From a virus (taxonomy: Duplodnaviria > Heunggongvirae > Uroviricota > Caudoviricetes), in IMG/VR virus record IMGVR_UViG_3300029305_002265: a DNA stretch of 64,000 nucleotides; one strand, written 5' to 3'. This document shows positions 57,890 through 64,000 of the stretch, one piece after another (position 1 is the first letter of the stretch; the number at the start of each line of letters is the position of its first letter). The position numbers and the translations under genes are program-made. Under the pieces are notes generated by a model, which searched no databases, had not been told where the DNA came from, and saw only the letters and a program-made list of their open reading frames with translations.

Positions 57890-58663
57890 ATGGCTCAGTA
57901 TGCACTCGATAGAGTTATTAGCGTTGCTGGTACTTACGCAGCAACCAATTCCAAGAAGGGTATTACTGAAGGCGGCCTCGCATTCCTTTGCGACCAGGTC
58001 GTAGACCCTTCTCTTTCTTTTACCTCTGAAACAGAGGATATCGTAGACGCAAGAAATAATGTAGTAATGCAGCTTCAGGGCGCTCGTGGAGCAACCCTTG
58101 GCGCTTCCAACGCTTTCTTCAACACTCAGATCCTTGCAAACCAGACTGGCGGCAAGGTAGAGGCAATCACCGCAGAGACCTTCGACAAGTACGACATCTG
58201 CACTCTTGATGCAGAGAAGAAGGCAACCCTTACCGTTACACCTTCGGCTGATAGCGAGTATAAGGTGTTCGCTCTTCGTACTGACAATAGCATCACTACT
58301 GCAGAGCCCACCGTTGGTACTTACGCTGACGGTAAGGTAACTGTAGAAAACGGTGTTGAGGGCGACAGAGTTCTCGTTGCTTATACCGCAGAGGTTAAGA
58401 CTGGTGAGAAGATCGTTGCTCTTGCAGATGCTCAGAACGAACTTATGAACGTAACTGCAGAAGTTCTTCTTCGTGAACTTTGCGCAGAGGAGCTTTATTA
58501 TGCTTACATCATCATGAGAGGTAAGCTCTCTGGTGAGGCTGAGTGGTCTATGACCAGAGATGGTAACCACGCTTTCGAAATTACTGCATTCCCCTCTTAT
58601 TGCGATGCAGAGAGAAAGCTTGTTGAAGTTATTATCGTTAGAGGCGAGGATCTCCTTGCTTAA
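57890..58663 (+). CDS. major tail tube protein (putative)
   Basis: high-expression codon bias, position, downstream hairpin. Confidence 0.65.
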   Translation: MAQYALDRVISVAGTYAATNSKKGITEGGLAFLCDQVVDPSLSFTSETEDIVDARNNVVMQLQGARGATLGASNAFFNTQILANQTGGKVEAITAETFDKYDICTLDAEKKATLTVTPSADSEYKVFALRTDNSITTAEPTVGTYADGKVTVENGVEGDRVLVAYTAEVKTGEKIVALADAQNELMNVTAEVLLRELCAEELYYAYIIMRGKLSGEAEWSMTRDGNHAFEITAFPSYCDAERKLVEVIIVRGEDLLA

Positions 58664-58677
58664 TTTATAATGTTTAT

Positions 58678-58703
58678 GCTAAGGCGGCTAACACCGCCTT
58701 AGC
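58678..58703 (+). terminator. stem-loop after the tail tube gene
   Basis: GCTAAGGCGG...CCGCCTTAGC; no clear T tract. Confidence 0.5.
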
Positions 58704-58726
58704 GCATTATTAAGGAGGTATGACAT

Positions 58727-59092
58727 ATGAATAGAAAGATATGTCGCCAATGCGGAAAAGTGTTTAATTATTGCAGAAGTTGCTCATTTAAACCCATTCC
58801 GTGGAAAGAGGCTGGATTCTGCAGTCGTGAATGTTCTGCAGAACACAAAGAACCAAAAATAAAAGAAGTTATCCCCACAGAGGATGTAGAAGTAGTTGTA
58901 ATTGAGGAGGATACATCTACGCCAACAGAAAATGCGATAGAGTGTCCTCATTTTTTTACCGAGGTCGAAGAGTCTGAAATTACATCTACTGAAGAATTTA
59001 AGCCTAAAAAGAAAAGGATTAAAACCATAGAAGTGGGACAAAAGGAGAACAATATAGATGAAAATGAGCAAAATAACGGGTCAGTCATATGA
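58727..59092 (+). CDS. zinc-finger hypothetical protein
   Basis: CRQC..YCRSC...CSREC. Confidence 0.7.
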   Translation: MNRKICRQCGKVFNYCRSCSFKPIPWKEAGFCSRECSAEHKEPKIKEVIPTEDVEVVVIEEDTSTPTENAIECPHFFTEVEESEITSTEEFKPKKKRIKTIEVGQKENNIDENEQNNGSVI

Positions 59093-59285
59093 CCCAACAA
59101 GAGTTGTCTATATTACTAACCCAAAACAACATTTTGCATATGCAAGATATTTGGGTGGTTGGCAATATTTTGTAGATATGAGTGCTTCGTCTGATAAAAA
59201 TGATGGTATGGGCGTGTTTATATGGCAAAAATGCCCAGAGACAAGAGAAGCAAAACAAAAGTGGGATAACCACGAATTAGAATAA
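59058..59285 (+). CDS. hypothetical protein
   Basis: AGGAG RBS. Confidence 0.65.
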   Translation: MKMSKITGQSYDPTRVVYITNPKQHFAYARYLGGWQYFVDMSASSDKNDGMGVFIWQKCPETREAKQKWDNHELE

Positions 59286-59320
59286 ATAAAATTTCAAAGA
59301 AAGGAGGGTGTGAATGTACA

Positions 59321-62300
59321 ATGGCACTTTCATTTGAAGAATCTAAAAAACAACTACTTGCCCAGCAGGCGGCCGAGGCACCAGCTATGTTTATGATGAG
59401 AAGAGCGGCTCCTGCCTCGGATTTTTGGATCCCCCATAATGGGTATAGGTGGTTCGAAGATTATTATGATGATAAGATTTCTACGGTTGATGACAATAAA
59501 AATATTTTCGTACATGACTCGCAGGTAAATATTTCCCAGGAAGTTAACAGCCAATTTGTTCCTTTTGAAATGATGAGACGCTATGACAATATAGATTTGG
59601 TTAATATGGCGCTCTCGATACATTTTACAACCAGCGACGGTTATCACGGTGCGTCGAACCCTGTGAACGTGGAATATAATGACGAGAAGATTAGATTTGC
59701 GTGGCTTGTTGATGAAAAGGTAACTCATGTAGCAGGCAATATTAAATTTGAAATTCACGCCGATGGTGCAATTACAGATACCAAAGGTAATTCATACGGA
59801 TATCGCTGGAAGTCTCAATCTACCGACAAGTTTAATATCGTAAAGTCCTTGTGCGAAGACCCTAATTGCGAACCCGTAGCTGTTAGCGACGATTGGGTTG
59901 TAGAGATAGTTGAGTCTGTCACGGCCTCTGTCGCTGAAAAAATAGCGGAGGCTGAAGTTGGAGCAGAAGTTGCAAAAGCCGAGGCCGCAGCCGCAAAAGC
60001 TGAAACTGCTGCGAGCAACGCTGAATCTGCAGCGGAAACAGTTGTAAATAATGCATTGGTTGGTTATAGTACGACTACGGAAATGCAGGAGCAGATTGCG
60101 CAAGCAATTGAGAATGCTGATATTGACAATAAGCTTACGGCGTATGCAAAGACGGAAACTGTTAATGCATTAATCGGAGATATTGGCGAAAGCGAGTCTG
60201 TTGTTAGTTATGTTGATAATGCCGTTAAGGGCGTAGATGTCACAGAACAGCTAGCTAATTATGCGTTGAAGGATGAAGTTCCAACTAAACTTAGTGAGCT
60301 TGAGAATGATGCAGAGTATGTAACTACTAGCGAAATGCAGGAGGCAATTGACAGCGTTGATGTGTCTGAGCAGTTGGTTGACTATGCTAAAGCTAAGGAC
60401 GTTGATGATAAGATTTCTGTTGTTCAAACACAAGTTGATACAAACAAGGGCGATATTTCGGCACTTTCTGGTAAGGTTTCGACCAACGAAACTAATATTG
60501 GAGACTTAACTTCCAACGCAACAACATTAAGTACGAAAATTACCGACTTGGAAGCCGCAGTTAAAGAGATGGCGGATCAAGCTGGTTATGAATATTATGC
60601 AACTTATGGAAAGACCACACTTGAAGCGACTGGCGAGGAGGCTGAAAACGTCTTTACTTTATATGAAGTGGACGGCAGTTCAGAGTCTGTAAAGAGCCAG
60701 TTTGTTATTACGGGTGGCTCTGGGGGCGGAAATGTAGCGGCAACTACTCTTACCGTAACGCGCGTCACATCTTCGCCTTTAACTATTACTACGAGCGATA
60801 AAGCTATAATTGAGTTTAATTGTACATCTTATGATGCAGACGGCGAAACCGTTGATTGCTCTTATACTTGGAAAAAGGGCAGTTCTGTTATTATGTCTGG
60901 TTCGCTTGCACAAGGTCTTAACACCTTTGATTTGAGTGAGTATGTTACAACGGGTACACACAAGTTTACCCTTACTGTTACCGATGAAGGCGGATCTATG
61001 TCTGTTAAAACTTGGACCGTTCAGATGGTCGACGTTCACATCGAATCTTCGTTTAACGATCAAAGAACTTATGTGGCGGGTGATACAGTTAGTTTTACAT
61101 ATACACCCTATGGCGCAATACCAAAGACTGTACATTTTAAGCTCAATGGTGTTGAACTTGAGTCCGTAAATACTACCGCTTCTGGCTTATTGCAATCTTA
61201 TACATTGCCTGCGCAGACTCACGGCGCACATTTGCTTGAAGTTTGGATGACGGCAACTGTAAATAGTGTGGAAATTGAAACACCTCATATTTATAAGGAC
61301 ATCATTTGGTATGATTCTGAGTCGGACATTCCTGTTATTGGATGTATTTATCGATATGATTATTACGGCATTGTGGCGGCCCGTCAGTATAATGCAACGG
61401 AGATTACTTATGTTGTATATGACCCGTCTGCTGAAAACCCAACAGTAATTCGTTATGTTGATGGAGTATCTATTGGCGAACAGACCCTTGAGGGTGCTAC
61501 CGATACTTGGTCCTATAAGTCTTCTGAAGTTGGCGAAAAAATACTTACCATTGAGTGTGGCGTAACTTCTGTGGAAATCAAACTTGATGTTGCGGAGCTT
61601 GGTATTAATATTGAGCCTGTTATAGCAGGTTTGGCATTTGACTTTAATCCGACTGGCTATTCCAATAATGACACCGATAGAATTTGGTCTGATGCAAAAA
61701 CGGGCATAAAGATGTCTGTGTCTGATAATTTTGACTGGACTAACGGTGGATATCAGAGAGATGAGAATGGTGACACATATTTCTGTGTAAAGGCTGGCAC
61801 AACGGCTACTATTAACTACAATCTCTTTGGATCTGATTATGACCCCAAGGCAACAGGCAAAGAGTTTAAGTTTGTATTTAAAACCACAAATGTTAAAAAG
61901 CGTAGTAGCACTTTCTTGTCTTGTATCGACGGCGAAACTCCCATTGGTCTTGATATGAAGGTTGAGAATGCGAAGATTTATGCGAGCAACAAAGAACTTT
62001 ATGTTCCTTATTGCGAAGAAGATATCATCGAATTTGAGTTTAATATTAACAAAGACACCGATATTCCTATGGTTATGACATACGAAGATGGTGTTGCTAA
62101 TAGACCTTTGATTTATGCAGCCGACTCGTCATTTATGCAACTTGCGGCACAACCCATTACGATTGGTAGTGCAGACTGTGACGTTCATATTTATCGTATG
62201 AAAGCATATGATACGAGCTTGACAGATAAAGAGATTTTGACAAACTTTATTGCGGATGCTCGTAATGCAGATGAGATGATTGCAAGATATAATCGCAATC

Positions 62301-64000
62301 AGATTTATGACGAGAATAACGCATTAACACCTGAGACTTTGGCTGAAAAATGTCCAGATCTCCGTATCATTATGATTGATGCACCTTGGTTCACCAATGA
62401 TAAGGATGATAAGGTTGGCGGTACTACTATTCGTCAGATTTATAAGGGTGGAGATGCACTATTAGATAACTGGACTTGTACTGGAGCAAAACATAGTGGA
62501 CAAGGTACTAGTTCTAATAAGTACGGTTACGCAGGTCGTAACATTAGACTTATTATGAATGAAGATGAATCTTTGTTTACATTTAATGGTACAAATGAAG
62601 ACGGAACTCCTATTACTGGCAAGAAAGTTACCTTTACTAGAGGCTCGGTTCCTACTGACTATATGAATATCAAAGTCAACATCGCTTCGTCTGAAAACCA
62701 AAATAACGCACAGTTTGCTCAGAGATACAATGAGTTCAACCCCGTTGTTAGACTTGCAAAGGTAGATGATCCGAAGGTTAAAGACACTATGGAGTTTCAT
62801 AACTGTGTAGTCTTTATTCGTGAGAATGAAGAAGACTTGACGAAACATAGAGAATTCAATGATACTTCTTGGCATTTTTATGCGATCGGTAATATCGGCG
62901 ACGATAAGAAGACAGATAAAACCAGGGTTAATGACTCCAAAGACCCAAAAGAGTGTATTGTTGAAATTACAGACTTTGATGTGCCTTTAGCAGAATTTCC
63001 AACTGGCATTGGTGGTGACTATATTGCCCCCGATGAATTTGTTGCTGGCAATACTGCGTATGATAACCTATATTCTGAATATGCCTATGATGAAGAGGGT
63101 AAATTTAAAGCTTTTGGCGCAGAATCGTATGAATTTAGATACGAAATGAAGGGAATTACCGATGAACAGAGACAGGCAAATATTGATGCTTGGCGTGAAT
63201 TCTATACGTTTGTTATAACTTCTACCGATGAAGAATTTATTACAAATATTGAGAATTATTTCGTGCTTGACTCGGCATTATATTATTATCTGTTTACTGA
63301 AAGATATTTGATGGTCGATAACAGAGCAAAGAATAGCTTCTGGCATTATGGTAAATGTGATGATGGTATTTATAGATGGGATTTGTGCTTTGCTTATGAT
63401 ATGGACACCTCTCTTGGTATCGACAACACAGGTAAACTTATCCTATCATACGGTCAAGAAGATGTAGATAAAGATGCTTCAGGTGCTTACATCTATAGAG
63501 CAGCAGAAAGTAATTTCTTCTGCCGTATCAGAGATCTTTTTGCCGACAGACTCAAGGGTATGTTCCAGAGCCGCGAAAGTCTCGGCGCATGGAGCTCAAC
63601 AAGTCTAATCAATCAGTGGGATAAAGCACAAAGTCAATTTCCTGAAGAACTTTGGAGACTCGATATTCAGAGAAAATATCTTAGAACTTATCAAGGAATA
63701 TCTATTGACAATAGTATCGCGGGTGCTCAGAACCCGATGTTCTTAGAGCCTATGCTGAATGGTCGAAAGAAGTATCAGCGTAGACAGTTTGAGCGCAACC
63801 AAGAATTGTATATGGCAACAAAGTATGTAAGTACTTTTGCTAAGGATGATTTTATTAGATTGAGATTTAATAATCCAACTAATCCTGTGGTTAAGCAAGA
63901 TTATACACTTTACCTAACGCCTTATACAGATATGTATATTTCGGCAGAGTTTGGTAATACTGCACCTATTGTATTTAGAGCAAAAGCTGGTGTCGAATAT
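59321..64000 (+). CDS. very large virion/tail protein (partial): BppU-like N-terminus, beta-rich repeats, CotH-kinase-like domain
   Basis: ATG 59321 after AGGAGG; MVDNRAKN at 63311 is in the same frame, followed by WDLCFAYDMDTSLG; absent from the ORF track because it runs off the window. Confidence 0.8.
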   Translation, partial: MALSFEESKKQLLAQQAAEAPAMFMMRRAAPASDFWIPHNGYRWFEDYYDDKISTVDDNKNIFVHDSQVNISQEVNSQFVPFEMMRRYDNIDLVNMALSIHFTTSDGYHGASNPVNVEYNDEKIRFAWLVDEKVTHVAGNIKFEIHADGAITDTKGNSYGYRWKSQSTDKFNIVKSLCEDPNCEPVAVSDDWVVEIVESVTASVAEKIAEAEVGAEVAKAEAAAAKAETAASNAESAAETVVNNALVGYSTTTEMQEQIAQAIENADIDNKLTAYAKTETVNALIGDIGESESVVSYVDNAVKGVDVTEQLANYALKDEVPTKLSELENDAEYVTTSEMQEAIDSVDVSEQLVDYAKAKDVDDKISVVQTQVDTNKGDISALSGKVSTNETNIGDLTSNATTLSTKITDLEAAVKEMADQAGYEYYATYGKTTLEATGEEAENVFTLYEVDGSSESVKSQFVITGGSGGGNVAATTLTVTRVTSSPLTITTSDKAIIEFNCTSYDADGETVDCSYTWKKGSSVIMSGSLAQGLNTFDLSEYVTTGTHKFTLTVTDEGGSMSVKTWTVQMVDVHIESSFNDQRTYVAGDTVSFTYTPYGAIPKTVHFKLNGVELESVNTTASGLLQSYTLPAQTHGAHLLEVWMTATVNSVEIETPHIYKDIIWYDSESDIPVIGCIYRYDYYGIVAARQYNATEITYVVYDPSAENPTVIRYVDGVSIGEQTLEGATDTWSYKSSEVGEKILTIECGVTSVEIKLDVAELGINIEPVIAGLAFDFNPTGYSNNDTDRIWSDAKTGIKMSVSDNFDWTNGGYQRDENGDTYFCVKAGTTATINYNLFGSDYDPKATGKEFKFVFKTTNVKKRSSTFLSCIDGETPIGLDMKVENAKIYASNKELYVPYCEEDIIEFEFNINKDTDIPMVMTYEDGVANRPLIYAADSSFMQLAAQPITIGSADCDVHIYRMKAYDTSLTDKEILTNFIADARNADEMIARYNRNQIYDENNALTPETLAEKCPDLRIIMIDAPWFTNDKDDKVGGTTIRQIYKGGDALLDNWTCTGAKHSGQGTSSNKYGYAGRNIRLIMNEDESLFTFNGTNEDGTPITGKKVTFTRGSVPTDYMNIKVNIASSENQNNAQFAQRYNEFNPVVRLAKVDDPKVKDTMEFHNCVVFIRENEEDLTKHREFNDTSWHFYAIGNIGDDKKTDKTRVNDSKDPKECIVEITDFDVPLAEFPTGIGGDYIAPDEFVAGNTAYDNLYSEYAYDEEGKFKAFGAESYEFRYEMKGITDEQRQANIDAWREFYTFVITSTDEEFITNIENYFVLDSALYYYLFTERYLMVDNRAKNSFWHYGKCDDGIYRWDLCFAYDMDTSLGIDNTGKLILSYGQEDVDKDASGAYIYRAAESNFFCRIRDLFADRLKGMFQSRESLGAWSSTSLINQWDKAQSQFPEELWRLDIQRKYLRTYQGISIDNSIAGAQNPMFLEPMLNGRKKYQRRQFERNQELYMATKYVSTFAKDDFIRLRFNNPTNPVVKQDYTLYLTPYTDMYISAEFGNTAPIVFRAKAGVEY

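Noticed and set aside
58727..59285. Tail-chaperone programmed frameshift pair
   Set aside because: The second ORF has its own RBS, and neither protein resembles a tail assembly chaperone.
39080..64000. Alternative genetic code, inteins or introns in core genes
   Set aside because: RNAP, terminase, portal and capsid are intact and normal-sized under the standard code; no suppressor tRNA or intein motifs were seen.

Overview
This window is part of a large Firmicutes-type (probably Clostridia-infecting) tailed phage genome with SPbeta-like organisation. The left arm (1-24.7 kb) is transcribed on the - strand and holds mostly small accessory genes. A divergent control/origin-like region lies at about 22.6-25.9 kb. 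The + strand arm carries more small genes, a YonO-like single-subunit RNA polymerase, 8 tRNAs and a morphogenesis module (terminase, portal, protease/scaffold, capsid, neck, tail tube, and a very large BppU/CotH-kinase-like protein running off the end). The standout is an RT (8399-9661, YSDD) that does not look like a group II intron, DGR or classical retron. It is followed immediately by six ~172-bp non-coding units, then two unknown genes, then two more units. Each unit has conserved flanks, a small covarying stem-loop and a unique ~75-85-nt hairpin, mostly capped by GATA. This looks like an RT-associated array of structured RNA templates. Several other motif systems were also seen: TAAAA-N6-TTTTA gene junctions, oriented CAAAATGATT leaders, an ACCTGAG cluster and a fixed-position upstream promoter element. 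All family assignments come from motif recognition by eye. No searches or folding programs were run, and coordinates were counted manually.
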